This document shows positions 25,953 through 36,063 of a stretch of 64,000 nt of DNA, piece by piece. Origin of the DNA: Takakia lepidozioides (Eukaryota > Plantae > Bryophyta). Under the pieces are notes generated by a model. That model was not told the DNA's origin. It worked only from the letters and a program-made list of their open reading frames with translations, and searched no databases. The DNA lies in contig CM060732.1 of the NCBI GenBank assembly GCA_030704615.1, positions 6,448,001 to 6,512,000 of the forward strand, written 5' to 3'. The translations under genes and the position numbers were made by a program. Positions within the stretch are counted from its first letter, which is position 1. Each line of letters starts with the position of its first letter.

Positions 25953-26389
25953 GGGGGCTGCTATTTCATGAGCCATGAGCCATGAGCGACATGAGCCATG
26001 AGCAGAGTCGTAATTGTCGAAAAAAACATGAGCATGACTATTTTCCGGAAATGAGTGTCCGCGGGAATAGGGTTCAGGGTGTCACGGTCATAGGGGGAGA
26101 AGGACCTCCCGATGAAGGAGGTTCGGCAATATTTTTTAGAATTACATATTGAAATGCAATGTTTCACGAATGGTAGGGTGGTACTGCTCCGTACAATGGG
26201 GGCCCATTTCAGCCTACCAGCCACTTGCAAAATCCACCCACACTCCCAATCCCAAACGAAATGAGGAATGATGCATTCTGGGAACGATGGATACAGAATA
26301 GAACAAAAAGAGGGCACAATGGGGTTTTAATTGATCCGCATTAATTGCATTTGAAGCACGTCTACTGTGCTGATTGTGCAAACAAATCT

Positions 26390-27130
26390 TTAGCCCTGTG
26401 CCTTTTGAATACAAGTCACGTTGTCAATGGGACTTTCGACTGCTCTGAAAACTAGCTCATGAGTCATCGGGCTCCTCCAGGTAAACTGGATTGCAGCCGT
26501 TGTACCGCCCCTGTTGATGTTCACCACAATGTCATGCCCTTCAATCATACCACCATCGAATATGGAAAGCTTCACGTTTTCGTCGTCCACACCAATGCGA
26601 ATGTCCCCATACAATGGAGAAGAGGAGCGCACTCCTTCAGGAGTATATGTCTCTCCGATGGAGTCCACCCACGTCCACTGGCAGCAGTTCCACCGCAAGA
26701 GCATAGCAATGCGCATTCTTCTGTATGGGTGCCCGTCGTAGCTGGGAAAATCGGAATCAAGGATGCGCAGGAGCCACGGACTCCTCAGACCAAGATCGTC
26801 ACCCCGCTCGAAGGCGTAGTGGCCTGGGATATACTCAAAAGCGGACAATGTTTCCACATTCGAACCAGTATCTTTTGTGTAAACTGTGTACCAGATAACG
26901 ATCTCTCCCGATGTGGCCGAATACATTGCATAATTGAAGCCTCCATAAGGGCAGTCGTCCCGGTTCCAGAAGCACGGCATCCTTGCAAAGGAGGACCTGA
27001 GGACGTCTTTGATGCCGATGACAATGACCTTGCGGACAGCAACGAAGCCCTTAGATTTTCGAAATGATGAGAAGCGGAAGAGCAGTGCGGGCTCCAATAA
27101 TGGAGCATCTGGGTCCCACATACCCACCAA
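26390..27130 (-). CDS. Hypothetical protein (cargo), paralog of 27537-28106
   Basis: Open 246-aa ORF that aligns by eye with the divergent ORF: CPY.G..YAM, EY..G.Y.FERG...G..SPW.L.I.D, RWNCCQWT, P.YGDIR, LS..DGG.I.GHDIVV, QFTWR, ELV..A. Confidence 0.7.
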   Translation of the reverse strand: MVGMWDPDAPLLEPALLFRFSSFRKSKGFVAVRKVIVIGIKDVLRSSFARMPCFWNRDDCPYGGFNYAMYSATSGEIVIWYTVYTKDTGSNVETLSAFEYIPGHYAFERGDDLGLRSPWLLRILDSDFPSYDGHPYRRMRIAMLLRWNCCQWTWVDSIGETYTPEGVRSSSPLYGDIRIGVDDENVKLSIFDGGMIEGHDIVVNINRGGTTAAIQFTWRSPMTHELVFRAVESPIDNVTCIQKAQG

Positions 27131-27536
27131 TCATCGTGTAACGTGTTCATCACGCCAGCGGTGGATGAACCGATACCTCTTTCTCATCCACGGGGTATAG
27201 TTTGAAATCTGCAACCGAAGTCCATCCCCCGGATGGAAATTCGGCGCCGCATTTACATCGAAGGGGGGATGGACTTCGTCGTCTCGAGTGGCTATAGGCC
27301 CACCTGGCACTTACTGCCCATAGTTTGCATGGCACGGAAGGAAACTGAAACGGCTACATTCATGGAGCAGCCAATCTTCATCCGTGCAGGTTCCTGTAGG
27401 GGGGAAATTTAAATGTGCCCTGGAGTGTTAGTGAGGAATTGCAGCGTTTGCTTGAACTTCTTCCAGCCACCGCGCTGCTGCCTCCTCCATCCGAGAGTTG
27501 CTGTCGTTGAGCATACTCCGCTAATCTTTTGCAAGG

Positions 27537-28106
27537 ATGCTGTGCCGCCGCAATCCAGCTAACTGCCCTTATCATGGCCACGAATATGCTATGTTCAAAC
27601 CAGAATCAAGAGACATCATTGTCTGGCTCTTTGTTTTCACAGAAGCTTCTGGAATCAAGCGGGAGTCTTTGCGCGCAATGGAGTATTTGGAGGGCTATTA
27701 CCGCTTCGAGCGAGGTGAGGGCGAGGGTCAATGCAGTCCGTGGGTCCTGAAAATTGTTGACCTCAAGCTGGATGGGATGCCGGACAGATCACGCACGGCC
27801 TCGCTTTGGCGTTGGAACTGCTGCCAATGGACCAGGGAGGACGGCACCGGGGAAAACTATATTCGTGGAGTTCAATCCGCTCTTCCAGTGTATGGAGACA
27901 TTCGGCTGAGTTGCGAAGACGAATCGCACGGGCACATTAGGCCCACAGTCAGCTTGTCAATGTATGATGGTGGTATCATTGATGGGCATGACATTGTCGT
28001 CAGCTCCACCAAGGGCACCAGAACGACCGCATTGCAGTTTACCTGGAGGTGCCGGTTCAGTAATGAGCTTGTTTTGAAGGCTATCAAAGTTCCGTCGACT
28101 TGGTGA
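27537..28106 (+). CDS. Hypothetical protein (cargo), paralog of 26390-27130; true start uncertain
   Basis: Amino-acid similarity to the divergent ORF despite DNA divergence indicates real coding sequence. Confidence 0.7.
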   Translation: MLCRRNPANCPYHGHEYAMFKPESRDIIVWLFVFTEASGIKRESLRAMEYLEGYYRFERGEGEGQCSPWVLKIVDLKLDGMPDRSRTASLWRWNCCQWTREDGTGENYIRGVQSALPVYGDIRLSCEDESHGHIRPTVSLSMYDGGIIDGHDIVVSSTKGTRTTALQFTWRCRFSNELVLKAIKVPSTW

Positions 28107-28380
28107 TGCCCATGTTGAAGGCGGAAGGGCTTAGATTTGTCTGGAGTTGCTAAATGTGAGACACCGAGTTTGATCAATAAAACAACCCATCGTACCTCAC
28201 TTCTGTGTGTTGTGTTTCATTGTGTTCAAGAACTGCTATAATTGGCCCACTGTTTACAATTTGTGGTCTCATTTCTACAATGTGTCTGTCCACATGAATA
28301 TACCAGAGTCAGCAATATCAGAGTCCTGAGGTGAAGGAAATCCATGTATGAGTAAAAGGAAACATGTACATGCTCAAGTT

Positions 28381-29230
28381 CGGAAATGCGGCATTGCATT
28401 TCATTTTTCTCCATGCAGCGATTTCTGGTAGCTCCCTTTCCTCCGTTGTGGTCGTAACGGAAATGTTGTACTGCATTTCATTTCTTGACATGGCATTACC
28501 ATACTTCGAATTGGAAATGCGGCACCGCATTTCCATGTCCGTCATCAAATTTTCTTATTGGACAATGGAATGCGGTGCCGCATTTCCGTCGAAGGGTCTG
28601 GAATTGGACAATCAACGATGTCTGTTCTGGAAATGCGGCACCGCATTTCTATGTCCATCATCAAAATTTCGTATTGGACAATGGAATGCGGTGCCGCATT
28701 TCCGTCCAAGGGTCTGGAGTTGGACAAACAACGATGTCCATTCTGGAAATGCGACGCCGCATTTCCATGTACATCATTGAAATTTCTTATTGGACAATGG
28801 AATGCGGTGCCGCATTTCCGTCCAAGGGTCTGGAATTGGACAAACAACGATGTCCGTTCTGGAAATGCGGCGCCGCATTTCCATGTACGTCATCGACATT
28901 TCTTATTGGACAATGGAATGCGGTGCCGCATTCCCGTCCATCATCATGGAATGCGGAGCCGCACTTCCGTCGATGGGTCTGGAGTTCGAAAAACGTCCAT
29001 CTCCAAAATGGAAATGCGGGGTGGCATTTCCATTTCCCTAAAACTGCCGTGTCGAAAATGGAAATGCGGCACCGCATTTCGGTTTGGCCGAACAATTTCT
29101 GATGTCCAAACTAGGAAACGGAAAATTGTTCTTGCCCCAGTTTTGGAAATGCGGTGCCGCATTTCCAAACGAGGTTTTTGCAGTTCCCACATTTCTGTTC
29201 CGACATGGAAATGCGGTGCCGCATTTCCGA
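28381..29230. repeat. Array of ~15 copies of the 22-bp palindrome GGAAATGCGG(CG)CCGCATTTCC; core built of 116-bp dimers (54+62)
   Basis: Palindrome starts at about 28513, 28567, 28629, 28683, 28745, 28799, 28861, 28915, with further copies at ~28382, 28459, 28948, 29010, 29060, 29145, 29207. Confidence 0.95.
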
Positions 29231-29499
29231 TTTTGGGAGGGGCGTGGTTTGGACGATGGTGCCGTTGAGAAGCACATGGGAGAGGGGACATGAAGGACGG
29301 GGAGAATTTCCTTTATATACTCTGGAAGATAATTTAAATGTGTAGCGAGTTAATTAAAATTCTACCAATCTTGAAAATCATCACTATCGTCGTCCTATCC
29401 TTGACTGTCCTGCTCCCCTTCCACCCCGTCATTGCCTTTCTCATGTCCAACAGAGTGCTCGTTGGCCAGGCTTTCGAAAATCCATCTTCCCCTTGCGGA

Positions 29500-32400
29500 A
29501 CCGACCATCTCACCTCCGTTGGGTCGTCGTCCTCCCTGTCTTCATCGCTCTCTTCCGTTGAATCACATATGAACTTTCGCACCCGTCTTCTTGTCTTAGC
29601 TGCTACCAACTCTTTCCTTATCCTTCTGTCCTCCCTAGCCCTCTCCAAAATCTGCTCTACTTTTTTGGGATTCTCACATCGTCTAATCGCTATATTTGCG
29701 AGTTTAGCTGCATAACCAGGAAGGGAGTAGTCCTTCACCGGGCTCTTCATGAAGTCGGCCCTCACAAAGAATGGGACATTCCTCCTGGCAAGAAGTGTAG
29801 GCCCTACATGTTTCGACCCGGATCTTGGAATCATGCACATAACAATCACCCACGAGACCAATGAGAACCACAATCCCGAAATGCGTTTGACAAAAAATCA
29901 CCCAGAAGGCTTTGCAAACTTACAATGTTGGCACTCACTTGTATTCCGGGTTCTCCTCGGCATTAATGTCCACTATCTCTTCCTCCGAGTCCGACAAATC
30001 TGAGGAATCTTTGGCTTCGATGGGAGCCTTCACAATGTTCACATTCCGTTGAAGCCCTTCCAGATGGGATCCCCAGACGGATGTGTCCTCCTCGTAGGCA
30101 AAGAGGTGTCGGTCGGAAAATCGCCCAGCCCACATTGAGGCAGCTGTTACAATGCCATCCACTCATTGAAAAGTGGCCCTTCACACATGGCGAATTTGAA
30201 CAGAATGAGAATTCACAGAACAACATAGTACAAGAATCTGCATACCTGTTCCACAGATGAGGTCCAACACTCTGCCCTCCAGGTCAGTGCATGCCTCCAT
30301 AATTGTCTGGATGAAGGCAGGGCTCCGAGTCTGTGAATACCGCAGGGGATCCGTTGAAGTGAGACTATGGGGGAGGAGTTCCGTGGGAACGTTGTTGAAC
30401 ATGACGTCGTAATCGATGGGGTCGCAGTTCGGATCAACCAACAATCCCTCCTTCCGGAAAGCAAAGGTCGAGTTCTCCTTCACAAAGCAGTATGCATCGA
30501 ACTGCTTTGTCTGCATACACAGTGGGGAACGATTAGAAATCGAATGCGGCACTGCATTTCAAAACAAGTTACAAAATGAAAGGACGATTGCTAATGTCCT
30601 AATTACCTTCTTCCCTTCCGACCGAAGGCCCAATGTGTTGATGCACGTCCACTTCTTCTTCAGAATTGGGACGGCGCTCTTGCGGGTCCACTTTGTAATT
30701 CATGTCTCCGTGTTTTTGCCTCTGCTCGCCAGGACAACCATACAGCCTCTGTCGTCCAACACCATGCGGGCGAGCCCGAATCATTTCTTCCAAAAGTCCT
30801 CGGAGTACCTGTTCCAAGATGGCAAACCTTGCAGTCCTTCCACAGGCTCTCCGTCCGGAATATCCAAGATAATCATATCGCAAGACCACTCGGTGGTTTT
30901 TCCACCCCTCCTGCAATCCTTCCCTGCATACACCTTCTCAAAGAAGGAGACCATCTTCAGAAACCCAGGGGTGCGGAAGGCTCTGCTTCAGCCGCCTTCT
31001 TCAGTGCTCTGCCCTTCAGACCCTCCATGGTCTTGATGTATGCCAACTTGGCTGCCCGTCCGTCCAAAGCCGCCAAGAAACTCTCATTGACACACTGAAC
31101 TACTGTTTCTGGCTCCACTTTCAGCCTCTTCATTTCCACCGGCTCGAAAGGGTGCCCCCCCGGGGGGTTGAAGAGTGTCTTCTTGGCTGAGCTTGTTCTC
31201 GTCCCTCTCGTGACAATGGTGGGCACAGGGGATATTGGCTGCGTTTCGGGGGGTGGGCTGGTTGCAAAGTCTCCATCGGAGTCCTCTTCGTCACCCTCTT
31301 CCTACTCTTTCTGTTTCTGTTTCTTCGTCTTCTTGGGTGTCACAACTGCTGCTCCTTGCTGGTGAGTCCTCTTCTTCGACCCCTTCTGTTGAGCCTGCAC
31401 AGCTGCATCCACCATCTTTTGTGCCATCTCAGCTGCCTTTCTGGATTGTTCCAGAGCAGCAGCGTCCTTTACCGACTCAGGCCCAGCAGGGACACGTCTT
31501 TCCTTTCTCTTCTCCTCCGCTTTCGCATGCAGATCTTTCTCCGATTCGTCAACAAGTCCGCTAGACATGTGCAGGTACCACGGGCATCCAACGAGATGCG
31601 CGGCATGCCATTGTTTCTGCATCTCTGGTAGGTAGACACAACTTGGTCCCGGCATGGTCCAAGCCATGAAAAACGGGGGCTCTTGCGCCAGGGCCCCTGT
31701 CTTAAGTAGCACGTATTTCATATACCTGCAAGATAGTCAACATGCGTGAGCACAAGTTATGAGAATGTACTCGCAGAGTGCAACCGAAACGATAAAGTGC
31801 AAATGCGGTGCCGCATTTCCCAGACAAAGCTCACAACCCAGCTTTTGCATACAACGGGAGCTGGGCTTCACCTGTACACAATTCGCATTGCAGCTTTTCC
31901 TGCCCCCCTCTTGGTGTGTAAACTCCACGCTCCTTCTTGCTGTCTGCAGCTCCCTGGCGAAGAGGTTGTCCTTGTATGCACATCTGAAACATGTCACGTA
32001 GTCTTCCAATGTCTGTGTTCCATCTCATTTGACGTACAAGTTGAACGAATCACTATGCATTACGACTTGTTCCTTCGCATTCGTCATTACCTGCGTTTCC
32101 AACATGCATTTGTCACGTAGGAGTTCACGGAATTCATTCCAGCAAAGCAAATCGGGGGAAGTACCTTGGATTACCTGGAACCACCAAGTCATGTGGTTGA
32201 GCCACACATCCACTGCAGGGTCTGAAACTTCGAGTGGAAAAGACCACATGGTCCTTATACTCTCCGATGCATTCCAGATCGACAGCCACCGTGTCTGCCA
32301 TTTCCGATCCAATGTCAGGAGCAGGAAGAAGAGTGGCTATTGCTAGGAAGGAACTTCAGTGCATTGAAACCTCACCTTCTCTTTCGCCTCCACACATGTC

Positions 32401-34320
32401 GTTGACAGGTGATGCAGTTTCTCCAACTGCATGGTCGGCTGCATGGCCCCGAGAATAGTGTTTTGCAATCTCGGGGATGAAGTCCTTTCCAAGTGTCAGA
32501 TCTGCAATGGCCACCAGCTTCACAAGCTTTGACTTGTATTTGGTTCCAGACTTCACCCCGGCTTCCTTCAAGTGCTCGGTCAATGACTGCAATGTTTTGT
32601 CTGCCCCTCACTTTCATGAAGAAGCGTTTGGCATGGGCCAAATCCAGCTTGATGTTTGACTGCCAAGAAAAATATGCAGAAGCATTACGTAGGATCCATG
32701 TGGAAAGATGACTAGAAATTGGGGAAGGTTGAGCAGAGGAAAATGGGAGGACGACTTACTTCGTATATCACCTCCACCATTCCATCCATAGTGAGGCGAT
32801 ACCATGTCCGGTCTGTTTTTGCCAGGGCTTTTTGAATGAGCTCGGGCTCCAGCATTTCGGCGAACATGTGCGAGTCAGTGAGACCAGTGTTCCTCACCTT
32901 GTACAACATATGTGCCATGTGGGTATGCATGTAAGCATTTTCAGTGACCCTGCAAGGCACACTCTCCAGTTCAGTCCAATGAAGCACGGAAACAAAACTG
33001 ATTGGAAACCGAAATGCGGCACCGCATTTCAGATGTGCTTGGGAGGGTATGGGAATCTTATGAGTTGAGGTCCGCCATGGCATTCTTGAGCAAGGAGGAG
33101 TTTGCCGCCTTCACCTTGAGGATGACACACTCCATGTAATGCCAGCCAATATGCTTGGAATGGTTCTGCTTGATGTACTCCCACCAGGCAAGAAGTCGGT
33201 GATTCCCGTCCCACACAAAAAACATTTTGCCCGACATATGGCCGAAGTCTGGATCACCCTTCAGCATCATCTAAAATTCGTTGTTGCAAGTGTGCCAGTG
33301 GGTATCCCATGCTGACAATTTATCCGCAGTGGATCCACGAGTTTCGCCGTCCTCATTCTCAATGGAAACGTAGAAGGCTGGCGAACCTAGACGGTACCCT
33401 TCTCGAAATGCGAACTTGAGCTTATCCACATCTCCTGGAAGAGCCTGCCTGACGATGGGAAGGGAGACCATGCGACAGAGTGGAATTCGAAGAGTCCGCT
33501 GGAATACCCTGTTGCCCAGAACTCTGCCAATGCTACTGTGTGTCTCCTCCAACATTGTATCCGCTGCACTTTGGAATTCCTCCGGAGACATTTCTGCAGG
33601 TGGCGGTAGGGGCTGAGCAGCTGGAGCATCCCCAACTGCAGCTGAAGTCTGGGGAGTCTTTGCGGACAATTCTCGAATTGCAGAGGCCTCCTCCGGGCCT
33701 GCAGCATTCTGAAGTTCTTCTTGAAAGGTGGTGAAGTGCTGCTGCGAACGTTGAGTAGCAGCACCCTCCTCCGCTGACAGATCCACGAAATCGGTCAATC
33801 CCGTTGTCTTCACTGCAGCAGAGAAGCCCTAAACATCACCTGGCTGGAAATCAAGCAGGAACTAGGCTTCAGCTCGTGGAATTGGTTTTGCGGGAGACTG
33901 CTCCAACCTCCCCCTGTTTGCCTTCTGCTTCTTCATTCTTACAGGTGAAGGCGTCTGCTGCATTTGAATCTGCACTGCACCCTTCTGCTTCATTCTCTTA
34001 GGGGGGGAGGAAATGGCCTGGTCTGGTTCAGAAACTAGTTCAAGGACGAGCTGCTTCTTCTTCGTCTTTGCTGGAGAAGGGCCCGACTCCTGCTGGCGAT
34101 TCTCCATGACCTTCAAACGCGACTGTTTCTCTGGGGCTTGGAACTGCAAAGCCTTGCCTTTCAAAACCGCGTCCTTGAAATGCACAGGGCTAGGCCCGGC
34201 AGGGAGACCCGTGCTCGTGGATCGGCAGGGTGTGCGTGCTACAACTAGTTCCACGGATTCTTCCTGCGATCCCTCCACCACCTCCACCTTTTGAGTTAGG
34301 CATGCAAACATCTTCTGCAT
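29500..34320 (-). pseudogene. Spliced gene: low-complexity N-terminus, ParB/Srx-like domain, then beta-class N6A/N4C DNA-methyltransferase-like domain (pseudogenised)
   Basis: RIPLCRM...VWDGNHRLLAW (~33180-33500). In a frame absent from the ORF track: CDMIILDIPDG...PSWN...FGLARMVLDDRGCMVVL (~30730-30885). Then RSPAFIQTIMEACTDLEGRVLDLICGT / AASMWAGRFSDRHLFAYEED (30330-30090). GT-AG introns at about 32759-32660, 31872-31727, 30606-30511, 30245-30144. Several in-frame stops and frameshifts; gene ends approximate. Confidence 0.72.
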
Positions 34321-34870
34321 TCAAGTGTCCTACCATACAGTCTAAGAATTGCACAACCAAAATGAGGGAGGGTTTCGGTGCTCGATCAGCTGCACGCATC
34401 CCGATAGCACGGAGCTCTCACTGGTGGCTGGGTTGTCTGCGTTGCCTGCTGCTGCGAGATGACCATCTCCTCCTAAAGCATCTGCTTCCTCCCCTTCGGC
34501 ATTGGCCTTCGCCCGAAGTACAACTTGCGGAGCTTGCGACGATGTCTCTTCTCTGGTGCAGGAACTTCCTCCCTCTCAGGTTGGAGCATAAGAAGAAAAC
34601 AGACGCGCAAAAGGGGCGAAGAGTGCAGATGGAAAGGGTGTGAGAGAAGTGAATGAGTAGACACGACAAATGAAGATGAAACGGCGATGATGCACCTCTT
34701 GGGTTCGAAAGGCTGGGATGGAAATGTCTCCTCGTAGACTATGCATCATTACGAAATTCAAATCGTCAAAGGTACGCCTGCTGTCCGCAAAACAAACATC
34801 ATTAACCAACGGTCACGCCGCGCCACCTCCTGCCACTTTAGCCAGCATGACTGCAGACATCAAAAAGCGG

Positions 34871-36025
34871 TGTCGCGCGGCTTTTACTCACCCATCCCTT
34901 CGCTATCCGAGGCGGAAACTCCAAGATAGAAGAGTTGGAAATCTCTAAGTACTCAGCCCGCGCAGAACAATCAGTCATGACCTACAGCTAGTGTATCATG
35001 GGGGTGTTTCCTATTTGTTTCCTTTTCCGCATTCATCTTAGCTACCTTACCATTGATAATTAAGTATCAGTTTGCTTCATCAAATTTATCGGTTCCTTCA
35101 CTCCTCCATTCAATCCACAGCTTCACTCAGATCTCTCTACACAGTGTGATTGTATCGTATAAGTATCAGATTATGATTTATCAGGTATCAGGCCGAAGCC
35201 ATTGTGTCTCTATTCTCCTCTACAATATCCCTACAGCTTTGCATATAACAAGCATCTACTAATCCTCTTTCCTCCTTCATCGTGCTCACCGACTTCCGCT
35301 CCCGTCTCACTCCGAAATCCCCTTCCCGAATAATAATAATAATTGATCCCTTCATCATTCCCGTTCTTCCCTTTATCCTCCTATCCGCGGTTCTAACCGT
35401 TTCCCTCTCTAAAAGTCGTATGTGAACTAACATGTTCCCTTCACAGGTGTTGTTCCCCACAGTCGTTCCCTGTCCTACTCTTCGTTCCCTATTATCGTGA
35501 CAGCTGTGTCAAGCGGTGACTGGCTGTGTTTGGCTGTGTCGGGCTGCGGGCTGTGACTGGCTTTGGGGGCTGTGTCTGCTGTGACGACTGTGACGGGCTG
35601 TGTGGGCTGTGTGGCTTGTGACGACTGTGACGGGCGTGTGTGGGCTTGTGACGGATTGTGGGCTGCTGTTGGGTGTGACGACGTGTCGGGCGTGACTGGC
35701 TGTGTGGCTGTGCCGGGCTGTGACTGGCTGTGTGGGCTGTGTCTGCTGTGACGACTGTGACGGGCTGTGTGGGCTGTGTGGGCTGTGACGACTGTGACGG
35801 GCTGTTGGGCTGTGACGGCTGTGTGGGCTGTGTTGGGCTGTGACGACTGTGACTGGCTGTGAGGCTGTGTGGGCTGTGACTGCTGTGTCGGCTGTGTGGG
35901 GCTATGTAACCCCCCTCTACAGTGCGCTGCTGTCACCCTAAGGTTCCTGTTTGTCTCAGTCTGTGCAAATTAAGGGTACCCTACAGATCCCGTATAAGTG
36001 TCTAAGTCCCTACAGTCCTCTAACA
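34871..36025 (-). repeat. 3' LTR (1155 bp) containing a CTGTG-rich VNTR
   Basis: Near-identical to 47327-48376; preceded on minus by PPT GAGGGGGGAAGGGG at ~36029-36042. Confidence 0.96.
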
Positions 36026-36063
36026 TTACCCCTTCCCCCCTCAAAAAGCCGTGTCCTCACGGT

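Noticed and set aside
28364-29345. Many overlapping ORFs with KCGAAF/EMRCRIS/GNAAPHF peptides (also 48408-50202)
   Set aside because: These are translations of the palindromic repeat in all six frames, not proteins.
29900-33520. Bacterial or phage contamination as the source of the ParB/MTase motifs
   Set aside because: The motifs are split by GT-AG introns and lie within a TSD-bounded element nested in a plant hAT gene.
35475-35936. Q/P/T/H-rich ORFs in the LTRs (also 47933-48441)
   Set aside because: They are products of the CTGTG VNTR, with no evidence of coding.
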